DNA from: Phoronis australis | Taxonomy: Eukaryota; Animalia; Phoronida | DNA: 64,000 bases | NCBI GenBank assembly: GCA_002633005.1 | Contig: NMRA01000376.1 | Coordinates: 230,383-294,382 of the forward strand | Reading direction: 5' to 3' | Shown: piece after piece, positions 26,867 through 40,471 of the stretch | Layout of the letters: the number at the start of each line of letters is the position of its first letter | Position numbering within the stretch: the first letter of the stretch is position 1 | Notes under the pieces: generated by a model | The model's input: the letters and a program-made list of their open reading frames with translations, nothing else | Told to the model about the DNA's origin: nothing | Database searches by the model: none | Program-made: the position numbers and the translations under genes

Positions 26867-27112
26867 AAAATGAGACGAATAGTAGTAAAGTATTTACAAA
26901 TAAAAATAAAAAATAAATCAAATAAAATGAGACGAATTGTGTTTGTTAGTAGCAAAGTATTTACACATAAAAATAAAAAAATAAATCAAATAAAATGATA
27001 CGAATTGTGTTTGTTAGTAGCAAAGTATTTACACATGAAAATAAAAAGTAAATCAAATAAAATGAGACGAATTGTGTTCGGTAGTAGTAAAGTATTTGCA
27101 CATAAAAATAAA
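26867..27112. repeat. Minisatellite, ~64-bp unit, ~4 copies (first internally shortened)
   Basis: Unit AAAATGAGACGAATTGTGTTTGTTAGTAGCAAAGTATTTACACATAAAAATAAAAAATAAATCAAAT repeated in tandem. Confidence 0.92.
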
Positions 27113-27189
27113 CGAAAAATAGGCAAAGTTGTCGAGGCTTCTCATCTGAACAATTGCGCGCATCAGATGTATATGGAGGCATATGATGG

Positions 27190-28520
27190 TCAGACTGGAC
27201 ATTGCTAATGGATAATTACGTAATTATTTGGAAATTTCTCTTGTATTCATCATGGACAATTGAACAAGACGCATATGTCAAAATTGCCGACTGCACCAGT
27301 TTAATACGTGTATTTACAGTTTCGGGTTATCTAATTAGTGATTCATTTAGATATTACTTGTGAACGACCGTAGCTTAGATTCGTTAATAAGCGGGCGATA
27401 TCTGGCCCATAACCGTGTTTGCTATTCCTAAATAGATTAGTTAAAGTGAGACGCTTTCCAATGTGCTATATAGAAATTTCATTGGTCTTAATTATGTTAT
27501 TACGAAGAATTACACATCATTCCGCTTCTTATTTCGGTTTGACGGTTATTCTAATAATTGTCACAGTACTGTTTCCTGGTATTTCGCGTCTCATAAATTT
27601 AAGTTATTTCATTGTCAACATGTCATTTCGTTGAGCGTTGTGAATTGGAACCGAGGGAGTACATGCTTGAAATCCTGTCAACAGCAACAGAATCGAACAT
27701 TTCCCATAATATCGATAACATTTTATAATAAATTCGATTTTTTTTCCTAACCTTCCCACAGTATTTAGCAATCATTTGATATACAATTAAGATAAATTTA
27801 GTCCTTCGTCTGCGTATGCGTCCGCCAATTGTTCTAGAGGCGTTTTGGTGCCAGAGGCGTCCAAGTCCAAACAAACTTTACAACAACAAAGAAAACCCTG
27901 ACAAGGTTTTCTCATTCTTTTTTAATTTCTACATATTCAAACCACTATCGCCGCCGGCCAACAGAAGATATGTAACAGTCTCTTGTGTTAAAGATACCGT
28001 CAAGATGCGGTGAAGAAAAGTTCAACTCAGAAATCGGGTCCACCAAATCAAGTCAACGCAATCCGGAGGCACTATTTGCATATATGAGGTTAAGTTAATG
28101 TCGGGTTAAAATTTGTACATGGTCGCTCGTCACCACCCGTCGGCGATGGAGGGATATAAACCATCAAATATTTTTGTCATTTATCTATGTCAGTCACAAT
28201 GCGACTTTGTAATCGGAGGCTCGTGAGTGGTAAGGTAATGATTAAGCCGTGGAATTTACACCGATAATTAGATATTTATGCCCGCAGATTGGTAATTGGA
28301 TTTTAAATATGACTCGCTTTACAAGCATTTGTTTTTCCTATTAGCAGTGTGTAAGCTTCGTTGTTTATATGTCTACATATATAGCAAGACTGGTGTGTGA
28401 AGCTACACACCAGCACTAACACATGCCCGTTGTTTATGTTGGAGTGTCCATATACAATCACGCGTCCATCAAACTATCCCGGGATGATTGATGACTCCTC
28501 TGGTGCAGTAATCGGAACTG
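27190..28520. promoter_or_regulatory. Candidate distal Irx enhancer block(s)
   Basis: Non-repetitive and dense in TAAT/ATTA cores (TAATTA, TAATTG, TAATGATTA) and Pbx-Hox-like sites (TGATTCAT ~27339, TGATTGAT ~28485, TCCATCAA ~28466). Motif-based inference only. Confidence 0.4.
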
Positions 28521-31500
28521 ACAGATTCTGATCTTGTAAACTAAGTCACATTAATGTCTGAATGTGAACGGTGGCCACCTCAGTATTCTGTGTCTTGACA
28601 AAGAATGGAGAAGTTTTAGTTTGTAGCACAGGGTAACATACTACATTTTTGACCGAGATTTTTCTACTCAAATTTCGAGGCCTCGAGCCGAATTAACTTA
28701 ATTTGTGTCGAATTTAAAAATAAGGTATATTCATGTTTCCGAAATGAAAAACGACTAATTGACGTAAACATGATACGCGACGGTATTTTAGGCTAAAATG
28801 CATGGTGCCTCGCGTTTTATCGAAAACTAGGCTTGTGATTGCCCCGAGAAGTGAGTTTTATTAATTATCTTTCTTGATATAATAAAAACGTACAGTGCGA
28901 ACGTGGCATTAGACATTCATTACGTTTACATACGAACTGTTTTAACACAAAATAGGATTGGGTAATTTACCAGTAACAACACGACAATTTTACCTTTTCA
29001 ATTTATTTGATGTTCAAAGCAGGAAATTAGGAAAATGACTAAGAAATGTTAAAAGCAACAAAAACGATGAACTGTACAGTAGCAAGAACAGTTGTAAAGC
29101 AATTGCGTCAATTGCAAGCATTCGAAAGAGCCATGGGCGGTCTAGGAGCGAATAGCATTGACATGTAAATAGAATTAACATCTACCTTATACACTTCACC
29201 TGTTCAACAATTCCTTAATGACAGGAAAGCATACACGATTCCACCTGTCAAAGAAGTAAACGATGCGATAGATAGGGCAAGCGATTCGCTAGACCTCTCT
29301 CGTTTTACGACTTGTCAGAATAGATAATTCTGCCCTATGTTCCGACAACAGTTACGTCACTCACAGCATGTCGGTGCTGGGAATGATCTAGCGGAGCACC
29401 TGCTGGGAAGTTCAGGGAGGCATTTTTATATTTAATGAGGAATGCGTGTTAGGTTCCGGGGGGCGTGCAGTTTATTCCAAGACGTTACAACCAAAAAGAT
29501 ATATTGTTTGAAGACAGGTGTGAACTTATCTCTGTAAACACCAAGAGGTTAGTCCGTATATATATTTTTTTTAAAGATGACATTTACGGTAATTATTTGA
29601 CAATTCGCACAAACAGTGTTCTAAGTTTGATTTCGTTACAACAATCAGCGAGAATTTCAGCAAGCATTGTTTAGCTGCAGACATACGGTTCAAACTGTGC
29701 ACAAGAAAAGTAAAAGTATCTTAAGTTTTCTTTTTGATTAGCAGAAAATTCATAAAATGAGATTGAACAATTCTGCCACACAGTGTCATAAATAGATGAA
29801 GACCTACTGTGTTGTTAAATTGGATTTTAATGTCAGAGAAATAACAAAGTAGGCCAAGAAGTATGAAGCCGGTCAAATTTTACTCAGTGCAAATGCTGGC
29901 ACGGAACTCGACAACTTTTCAAAATTTACCAAAACTGCTAACATCACACTAAATCTTGTTTATTTTCCATCATAATAATCATAGACACACACAGCCTCCA
30001 CGTCTATGATAATAATGTCTATTCCGTAAAAAACAGTATCAAATAACTGATAAATTGTGTATTTTATTCTTTTGTGTCACTTAACGTGGTCAATTCTTTT
30101 CCCATGTGATAAATTGATGTTTCGGCTGAATCGCTTTTTTTCTTTTCTCAGGAGCACAGACACTGTCGTCACACGACCAGGTTGCACTGTGGGTAAAACG
30201 CAAGATCTGCAGCGTATTGTGCCGCTCTTATCAAATTTAAATTTTTCATTTCTCTTTTCCCACGACAAATACAACATAAATCTAAAATCTATTTTAATTC
30301 AAAGTTTCTTGAAGGTTTACGATTACAAATTTAAGCACAGAATTTGCGTTAGGCAACGATTTCCTGTTTAGCATTTGGTATACAAAATGTTGATTTCAGT
30401 GACATTTTTTACATGTAAAAAGCGATTTTTTAAGCGATCATTGAAAACACTCCCAGTTTTTTTCGTCATGCACAAGCCAGGAGCGCCCATGAAAGTGGTC
30501 TCCTTGAAAGAAAGGTCGACTTTCAATAATTAAATTGTCAAAACGTTTAGAGTCTTGCCTAGTCCATAACCCGAGAGAAACGATAGTGTGTTATCATTTT
30601 TTGTAGTGGGCAGGTTTCCACCAACGTACGTTTGCCCCCCGTTACGACTCTGTACCCGTTATTAATTTATCCTAAGCTTTATACCTGGTAATTTTGAAGC
30701 GCGGTAATCTGCCCTTGTACAACTGCCGCGCGGGGTTGTTTTATTTACAAACTATTTTCTTAAACAATTTATGTCGGTAATTACCGTGTAATCGTAGCTT
30801 AATTTTAAGATAACCAGCCGAGTGACGAGAAAATTGAAGATTCATTTAGACTAGGATACATTTACAAAAGGCAAACAATGACGGCGCTAAGTGAATAAAT
30901 TGAATCAAGCCCGTGTAAGACCTCTCTCAGCCATCTGGCCGAGTTTACCGTGTGTCATACAAAAAGAGCATATTGTCGCCAAACTGTTAGCGCGCTCAGG
31001 TGGGCCGTTAGATTGACGCACGAGCGACATTTTTTACTCTCGGCAATTACCAAGTAATTTTGATCGAAACAGCACTAAAAGGAGATAAGTGTTTTGTAAC
31101 AAGTTGCGAAAGGCGCCACAGCTACAACAGACGCGCTGGTGTTTGAAATTGATGCAAAACGTTTTTGAAATTGATCCGGACAAGCCGCGCTTAATTGGGT
31201 TTCGCTGCCGCTATTATGTGTAGCTGACAATGTATAGAATTTGGTTTAATTAATTGTGAAAACACTCTGAGGAAACATGTAAAATCACAAAAAACAGTGC
31301 GTGTTTGTTAACAGTAAGACAGTAGTTGCCTATTTTTGGCCCTTGGGTTGTTTTGATCAATTCTACATCTCAGTTTGTTTAGAACAACAAAAAAGCTTCG
31401 AGCTCTTTCCACTATTTCTTTGATACGATTATCGCAAAAGCTAGTACTCAGTACCGCAAACCCCCCCCCTCGCCCCACGTAATATGCCAAACCCGGCAGT

Positions 31501-33524
31501 GCTTTTGTGTGTACATATGTAGGGTGCTTTCTGAAGTCGCATCACCTCCATCACAAACCGCGGTCTATGCATAATTTGACGAGTGTAAGTGAGGAACAGT
31601 CAAGCATTTCTGACATTCTATGTTTTCAATGTTGCTTCAGTCAAACGTGAAAATGGTCCGTTAAAAACCGATGTTTATAAGACTGATACCCTGCGAAAAA
31701 CGAGTGTTCCGTGCCACACAGAAGAAAAAGCTCTTTCACGTCATCACCTAGCAACATCTGTTAGTTGAGTGGTGGGACATGTAAAACATACCACGTATAC
31801 ACGACAGATTTGTCTTAATTGCGTTTAAAGAAACCCTTTCCTTTTTCCATCACTTAGGCAGATTTTTCTATGAAATATCACTAAAATATTAAAATTTCGT
31901 AAACCACGGCCCTGTTTCGACTTTTTCAAATTCACTGTCAATTCTTCAAGTTCATAAAAAGTAAAGTTGATGAACGCCGAGTGGTGCGCTAACAAAATTT
32001 AAACTTAAAAAAATTCTATACCCAATTCTGTTAATGCTAAAAACTTATGAAGTGTTGTAAATGAACTGTTTGAAGTTTTGACTGAATTGGTTTGCGTCAC
32101 AGTGAAGCTTTTAACATGGAAGGGAGAAGAGTACTCTTTTATAACTCCATTATTACTAGTTATTAGTTAGCCAGACTGTTCCCTTTTCAATTTGTGCCAT
32201 TTTTAAAGAAATGCTGGATAAAATTGATGGCTTAGGGCTGATTGCTTAGGATGTTTGGGCCTTTAAATTGAAATGTTGTGTAACAATTGATTGTAAACCT
32301 TGAACTATCTGCAGGCCAAATAACGGCGAATTTCTTCAATTATTGAGTATTTCTTCCCACGAAAAACCCAGATGCACCATATAACTTATTGACTGGTAAT
32401 AATTACATTTCCCTTCACATGCCAATCAATTCCACAGTAAATGTTAGTGGTTAATGTATTTTAAGTGATTCTATAAAGTTTTTACCAACCGACACCTGCC
32501 CGGACACAAATAGGTGCCAGCTCTAATTTGTTAAAATGAACTTGAAGGAAATCATTAAGTTAAACTCACTCGCGAGTGCGTTTTATGACACCTGATTCCA
32601 AATGATACTTTTTGCAAGTACTATTCTCGACTTCCGTTACACGCGTCACAACCGAGTATTTCTGCAGCACCTCACCTGTGTCGACTTTTAGCCGATGACT
32701 AGATCACCTCTCGTGACTATTAGTGAGACTAAACAAAATACGTACATAACCAAGTTCAAGAGCGAAAATAAAATTTAAGAAACGGTCCAGGTAGAGTGAA
32801 GTTTTTTTTGTGCGACTCTCAACTTGAAAATCTTTTGCTCCGGGAAGGAAATTGTCTCCATGAGAAGTTGAGCATCTCAGCCTCAGCCATGGAGTGATAT
32901 GACAGCTTTTCCATATTTTCGGTGATTTCACGCAATTTGACACCATAGCGATCAAATTTTTACCTTTTTATCTACAAAACTAGCTCGCATTCGTTTAGTA
33001 TCAAAGGATATGAACAAAGAGCTGAAGAAAGAACTTCGTTTCAATGATGTCGTTGACAAACTTTGGGAGGACCAAATACCGGAAACATCTCTTGGCAGAC
33101 GAGACTGAGCAAACACGTTTCTGCTCGTTGGCTTTTCTGATTTGGAAATTGCGGCAAATTCCATTCAAATTGGTAAGATAAAAGGAACATATACAAGGCT
33201 AATACATTGTTTTGTATAGTTCAACGCACACCGCCCTCGGAGACCGGGCGCATAATCCGAGACCGTCCAGTTACTTGTGTTATTTGTTTTGCCTGCTTCA
33301 CCTTGCAGTTGCACTTCACTTGTGTGACACTTGTACTGCTTTCCTTGCCCTTGCCCTGGGCCTTGGCTGTTGGTCTCATTGGCTTTGGCCGAGTTAGCTC
33401 TATGGCTAACCCTCTCACCCAGTGAAATGTTCACAGTCATTCCCTAGGACCAGAATCAACGGAAGTAAAAGTAGCTTTTTGACTTTGAACCGAGATCATG
33501 GGCATGGGCTCATCGATGGAGGAT

Positions 33525-33925
33525 TCCTGGAGGTGTGTGGAATCTTCTTTTTGTGCTTCGAAACCTGAGGTGGTATTTTTACTGGCCAGAATGAAAATTT
33601 GTGACCCATGTGATGTTTATACCAAAAGAGCTAGATTTGTGACCTACATCTACATCTATACCTATTTGAGAGAGGCTTAAAAACATGACCCATGTTTGTA
33701 CCTCATTACCAAATAATACCCTATCCTACCGTTAGTCAACTTTTTAACATCACTCCAGTATTCATGTCATGCAAAGCTTTACCTCCCAACTCATTTTTAT
33801 TTCCACTTTTATGAACTGACATTCCAAATTTATATCAAAATCGAAAGCTTCCTAAATCCATACCAGAAGGATGCGGAATGTCCCCACTATCCCATTACAC
33901 TAAAAGCCCCCCCCNGCCTCCTCCT
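33525..33925. mobile_element. Degenerate MITE-like repeat with C-rich right end
   Basis: Reiterated GTGACCCATG/TATACC motifs ending in a CCCCCCC tract. Same general architecture as 43264-43550. Confidence 0.45.
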
Positions 33926-36513
33926 CCCCTCCTCAGCATGACAAGTCATGGGAAATCCTTTTGTTTTGCTACCCGGTGTCCGTAAAATTTGTCTGTTGTG
34001 AATGTAAGTAATGGCAATGGCATATGGACAAGCCAGTCTCGTTTTGAAAACTGAGGTCATACTTTTTCAGTCATATGAGTACTGATAACAAGCAGCAATA
34101 TGTCTACTCTTTCATCAGTGTCAAAATCAATAAATGTGGAATTGTTCAATTTTTATTTTGGTTAATGGCAATGACCTATGGCAATTCTCTGCTTATTTCA
34201 CTCAAAATAATTGCCAAAATAGTCCTTTTCTATTTTTCAAAGGCTGATTATCTTGTTGTAATTAATGGAAACCTCATCAAATATTTTGTTATGACATCTA
34301 CATGCTACACAGCATGCTGGTAATTGACTAAAATGTTTTTGATCTTTCCTTTTGTGGAGAAATTTGACAAATAGAATTTCACTTGTGGGCCTTACTGTGT
34401 CCTAAATAAGTGGAGAATTGCTGTATTATGGGAAGTCTACCTTGTTTGGAACATTTATGTCACTGCCAATATTTTTGAATCATGGGAGCGCTAGAACTAA
34501 AAATGCATCTAATCTTTCATCACGGTCATAATCAATAACTGTTACGAAATTGTTCAAACCTTATTTTGCTACGTAGTGGCCAGCTTAGGCAAATATTACT
34601 TAAACTCCACTGAAAAAGTAATTTGACCCTTCATTTTCAATAGACCTTGACTGAGCACAAATGTTTAAGAAAACTGTTTGGCTCATGATTTATTAAAAAT
34701 AAAGATGTTAGAAGTGATCTTATATTTTATATTTTGAACCAATAGATTCGCTTTGCGAGCCACAGTAATGAAATTATTTCAGAATATTCAATAAGCATTA
34801 AGCTGTTGTTTCAACTGAGAGGGCAGGTGCCCTGAAAATCACTCGGTCATTCTGCTACTGCACAGTTGTAGTTTATTTCATTATATGTGTTATGAATGCT
34901 TCCACAAAGAGGATTTCTGTGTCAATATTCAATATTTAGTTGTGCAAAAATATGTTGTTCATTTGCACTGCTGTTTGGAGAAAAACATTGCAGAATATTT
35001 TTGCTGTACCAAAGTAACAAAAAGCAGTCCTCAATCACAGTTTTTGTTGTATGGTGGTTTTTGCTGGTTGCTCTGAATCTAAAAAATCTGAAGTTTATTA
35101 AATTCCAATATGTCTATGTGCTTTACATTTGTCTTAATTTTCATCATGGGATTATATTTTTATTGTATGAGTGCCGGAATATGTTGGACAACCAGTCAAA
35201 CTTGCGTTATTTTTAAGTGCTAGTGCTAATAATTGCACTTGTTAGGCAAAAAGTAGTCTTCAAGAAGAGTCCTATGTATGTTTGCTGTTAGCAATAAGAA
35301 TAAACTAAATTTTACTGAGCTTCCTGAATGCAATGTATGAAACATGTTCACATGACAGACTATCAAATTTCTGCTTTATCCACTCCCGAATCTATGAAGA
35401 CTAATGTCTTTAAAATAATTGTTTAAGTTTAGATAGGCAGAGATTACCATACCATAATTAACTATTTTTTTGTTATATGAACTGAGTCTAGGACCACCGT
35501 TACTCCCAGACTGAGTCAAGACGAAAGGACAAGACAATTTAGTCTAACCTTTTTTTTGTTAAATTTTCATTTGTGTTATGCTAATTTTGTTTTGAAAATA
35601 CTAAACTTCAAACAAGAGTGGGTAACTATCGTGATGTGATGTTGATATAATTTGTAGCTCATGAAGTATGCTGATATGTTCACTCATAGATTTTCATCTT
35701 GTTTGTATGACTAAGCTATTTGTAAAGAGAAGCAGCCCGCCCATTCTGCACTGCACTTTGTCAAAAATGACCAGAAACAGAACCAAACTGCAATCCTGGG
35801 TACTGTACCTCATTGCTAAGGTCGTGCACCTCACTACATCGAAACAGTTGTAACATTTCCAGTAACGTTTACAGTAAAAAACCTTTCCATCAACAGTACA
35901 TGAGTGATCTGCTAAACAGTCTGTTAATGTCATGAGGTGGGAATGTCAGCCCCAGGATGTTAAGTACTCTCATTGTAAACATAAAACAGAAGTAAAAAAG
36001 AAAGCGGTTTGGCCAGTTGGTGCTGCCAGTTCACCAAAGCTTAAAATAGTCCTCGTCTTTCTTGCTTGATAACAAACACAAGTTCAAAGGTCACTTAATT
36101 CAAACAATGTCGTGCTCAGTATTTTTGAAGACGTCCCATTTATTTCTTTATTTCTAAAATTTTAAAAATAATTGCCTTGCTTATTTCTCCATGAAATCTG
36201 ATCTAATAATGATTACATAAGTTGTATTGTTTGTTTACAACAATTTTGCTCCCAATCTAGAGTTCTTTTGTGCTGATCTGAACATCCCACCATAAGTGTC
36301 TGATCGCCCCTCTCAAAACTAATGGGTTCCTTATTATATTTAATCGCAACTGGACTTGTACCATGCTGATGGGCATCGAAACTACTGATTTCAAAGTAGG
36401 CCTGGTGAATTGAGAGTCATTACTTAGAATAAGGTACTAGCAATATAATTTCAAAGAGTTTGCCATTTCTTTCTAAACTAAGTTTTTAATTTGGATTTTT
36501 TATTTTTTAACAG

Positions 36514-36597
36514 ATAATCTCATCAGCGCAGACCTCTGCTTTTCATGAAGGTGCTGAACTCATTCACACTGGTCATGCACTTTCTCATGTCGTAAAG
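36514..36597 (+). other. Candidate internal exon of an unidentified + strand transcript (IISSAQTSAFHEGAELIHTGHALSHVVK)
   Basis: Strong acceptor ttttttattttttaacag|, donor AAG|gtatgg, 84 nt, open only in phase 0. No recognisable domain. Confidence 0.4.
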
Positions 36598-36599
36598 GT

Positions 36600-36990
36600 A
36601 TGGTAATGTTTCAGCAAATTCAAAGAAAATACATTTGCCGAAATTGTCGTTTTCCTTTTTTGTCAAAAGCGCACTGCAATTTTATCATGCGTTTGCTGTT
36701 GACAGTCCAAATAATGAAGTAAAGTTTTCCTCCTGTTTGTTTACATTCAACAAAAATGTACAAACTTTGAGGAGGCAAGAGAACACTAGTTTCGTGCAAC
36801 TTTTGATTTGTTTATAAAAATCATAGAAGTCCTATTTTTGACAAGCTCTCATACCTAGTGGAACATTTTATAAAACAACAGTTACGGAGACGACATAAGC
36901 AAGCACAGTACAATATGTCCGTGAAAATTTCATACTGTACCAATCTGCCATTCCTCAGATATGTTCAGAAATTAGCCAACTTTGGCCATG
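36600..36990 (+). repeat. Old dispersed repeat, related copy at ~40030-40300
   Basis: Shared block AAA...TCCTATTTT(T)GACA...CTCA...AGTGGAA.ATTT at ~36820-36870 and ~40185-40228. Confidence 0.45.
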
Positions 36991-37730
36991 TTTCTAGAAT
37001 TCTACTTAAGCTAGAGTGCCACGGAACTCTTATGTGCCATACTCGCCTGAGGTTGCATTGTTGTATAAGATGACTGAGAGAGGGCAGCACAACTTGACCT
37101 GATCTTCCATCTTTCCTGCCTTGTGGAGCTAGCAACATTGCCATAGCAAAGTTGAGTTCTCCGGCCCAAAGTCATAACACGCAATATTACTTTTCTTGAA
37201 AAATTGTGCTACTTGAGGTATAGAAATTGCTAAGGTGTAAAAATTGAGCTTGGATATGATAGTTGGAATTAAGTGCCTTTAACACTCTTTTATTTTTGAG
37301 GTGTTTTTTGAAAATATTTTCATGACATTTGGAACTGACACTAAAGGGGCCATTTAGATGTCTGACATTCAAATCGGCTATAATAAACCTGAAACGTTGT
37401 ATCTTGTGATAAAAATAAAAAACAGGGGTCAACAGTGGGTCACTTATATTTATTACAAAGCTCAAATCAAATTAATAAAATTGTATTACACTTCAACTGA
37501 GTTGCTTGTTAAGTAGCCAATATTTCTTACTACCCTCAAGACATGTTAGTAGACAGTGTGGCTGCTAACTGACTCCAAGTAACATTAACAACGCTCATTA
37601 TTTAGAATACAAATGACTCTTCAAACTTGAAACTCCACTTTATAAGACTGAGTGGCAGTTTTCAAAAGCATATTTACCGTACCTGGTCTGGCATTGATTT
37701 GCTCTACAGAAAATATGGTAATAGGCACTC

Positions 37731-37812
37731 ACAGGGGTCCCCAGATTTTGAGAACCAGATTTCTCCACTGAATAGTGAGTGTTAAACTGGTTCTCAAATT
37801 CCGGACCCCTGT
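37731..37812. repeat. 82-bp hairpin/foldback with CAGGGGTCC termini (tiny hAT-like MITE)
   Basis: ACAGGGGTCC/GGACCCCTGT (10 bp) and TTTGAGAACCAG/CTGGTTCTCAAA (12 bp) perfect arms. No TSD seen. Confidence 0.75.
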
Positions 37813-40315
37813 CGGTGACTATTGGCCAAAAATATTACAAAACAAACTATCCAACAATTCCTGTTAAGTTATTTCACGTTCTGGGTATTTTTCTCATTTT
37901 GAATAAATTAGCATTTGAAATGAGAGGAGATCATTTGAAAAGAAAGTGTGGTACGTGTATGACAGTTGAAAAATTTACCTGATGAGGACTGATTTTGTAT
38001 CAACAAAATTTGCGTGCTAACGAACTCATAATTTGTCAGTGTAGTGTGATGAGATTAAATATTGACAAAATCTAAACTATTCCATCAATTCTCATCAGGC
38101 TTTAACACAATGTGCAGTTAGTACCATGAGTGCAATAATGCTGCTGTTACTGTTACTGAAATGATCTAACTACTATTTTTGGATGTCAACCTCTGGGCTA
38201 CCGAGAAGAGTAGCAATGTTTTCTTTAAAGGGACGTGCTACATATCATCAGATTCTGTCGCTATAGGGCTGTTGACTGCTTTCTGTTAGTAAAATAGACC
38301 AAGTTAGATATTGTTGTCATCACTAAAACAAAAACATTAGTTGTAAAGCTTGGCTACCAACCTAAATGGCAGTGTTTCGCTTATTTGGGTAAAATTTAGT
38401 GTGATAATTTCACAGCAGTTTGTTGGGTATTTTGCTTCAAGCAATTATTTTTCACAGTAGTTGGGTATTATACTTTAAGTAAAACATTTCACTTACAGTA
38501 ATTCTTAAAAGGTTTGTTTGCATTATGTTACACAGTGGTGTTTTTTTTCTTTTAGGGCAAAATCACCCTGTAACAACTTGATAAGAATTTAGAAAATGCA
38601 TTTGACCTGTGGGACAGAAGCACTTGAACCAAACTGAATTACCATTCAAACAGATACTATGGAACAGAGCAAGCAACAGAACTCAAGTAACAAGCAAAAG
38701 GTACAACTGAAACTTGTGACTGGCGATAAAGCTGAGTAGAAGAAACCCCTATAGCAGGTGTTAATGTCTTTTGGCTGGTCCATAATACTATACCTTGCTC
38801 ATTATTTAGTTCTAGATGTCACTAGATTTGACAGTTGACGTGGATTTGGTCGTGACTTGAGGCAAATGGCAATTTGTTCAAGAATAGGTGCTGTATCCTT
38901 ATCTTATTAGAAACAATCTGATTTAGCATCTTTATATAGTTTCAAGCTAAAGTTGTTGACAAAAGCCAGCATTAGACTTCTTGTCCATGTTGATGCCCTT
39001 GTTTGGTTAAATGCCCACCTCTCAGTCCACAATTTCACTCTTTGTAACCATACACATATGCTTGATTGTAATGCCATCCTTGATTTGTCTGGACTTTTAG
39101 TTCCTTAAACCTTCGTATTTTTACGGTGGCTCATTTCACTAGCTCCTAAAATGCACGTAGTTCGCCTGCCTGCATCTCGTCATTTTTTATAGTTACGCTT
39201 GCACCTGAAGTTGCTTACATAAAAACAACTCCTGTTTGCTAGCCAGAATGAATGTTCTGATTTCAAGCAAACGCCCACCCCTTGTTAAAATAATTACAGT
39301 TTGAAGCGCCCATGCTCGGTTGAACCACCCCCTGCCCCAGTGCGTGAATGCATCAGTTAGGATTTCAAAGTCAAAGTCTTCAATGTTTATTTTTGATGAA
39401 GAATTTGATAGTTGAAATTGATATGTATGCCTTCTCAACCTGCTAAATTGGTGTATGCCATTTATCTTCACCTCCTTCCAGTTGGTCTTGGGAGGAGGTT
39501 ATGTTTTCATAGTTATGACTATAATTGTACAAGTCTTATTCGTCCTCATTCAGTCCTACAGTACTAGACAAAAGTAATAGAGAAAATGTGTCATGACTGC
39601 TGATAATTCTGTTAACAGCAAAAATGTCTGGTAATAGCAATTAGGGCTGCAAAATTTTAATTACAGACTGGTATCATTAGCCACCTTAGTAACTTTCCTG
39701 TCAATTCTCCTTCCTTCTTGGTCAGAGGGAAGACTACTCTGATGGTTCAACTTTCATCCAGCCTTCATGAGGGGGAGTTCTGGGTAATTCTTTCTGAACA
39801 CTTTTGACTTGTATTCTCAAACAGTACCAATTACACACCCTCTCTCCATGCCAGTGCCTTAAGGTTATGTAGGCCTTATGGACTAGTGAGTGTATTTAGT
39901 CAAATATCTACAAAGCAATAGATTTTAACTCCAAGTAAAAATATTTTTTTTAAAAGTGCGAGATAGCCTGTAGAATTTGATGTTTGATGTTGTATCAATA
40001 TGCCATTAATTGGGTCACATGACCATGTTTTTTATTGAAATTTATCAGAACAGAGAGGTATATGCTCACAATGTAACAATAGCATGACAAGTTTCATTGT
40101 TCCGGCCAGTTGAAATCTCAAACGCTGTTAATTTTTCTAAATTATCGTTTCATTTTGTATAACTTTTGAGTGTTTCAATAGAAATAAAAAATCCTATTTT
40201 GACAGTCCCTCAACAGTGGAAGATTTAAAAGTGATCCCTACCAGCATTTTGAAAAACAGTTAAACCTAAAGCATAATATCTGAAAGTTTTGTAAGAATCT
40301 GATCAGTCGTGTCAG

Positions 40316-40471
40316 CAGTGCTGCAGTGGGTCGTAGGCGCATGTAGGCGCAGCCAACCACCTTTTGGGGTTTGAACGTAGCGCCTACGCACCGTACGTTA
40401 CCTTAAGTGCTTAAGGTGATACCGTGGGCTATGGGCACCTACATACCTCTAATTTTACCACTACAGCACTG
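40316..40471. mobile_element. hAT-type MITE with 8-bp TSD, nested at the edge of an older repeat
   Basis: TIRs CAGTGCTGCAGTGG / CCACTACAGCACTG; TSD CGTGTCAG / TGTGTCAG; internal GTAGGCGC / GCGCCTAC subterminal repeats. Confidence 0.88.

Noticed and set aside
26867-27112. CRISPR-like array
   Set aside because: Head-to-tail repeats with no unique spacers, in animal DNA with no cas genes.
33435-33585. Minus-strand terminal coding exon (KNTTSGFEAQKEDSTHLQES...)
   Set aside because: The acceptor and half of the frame overlap a MITE-like repeat, two frames are equally open, and no homology is recognisable.
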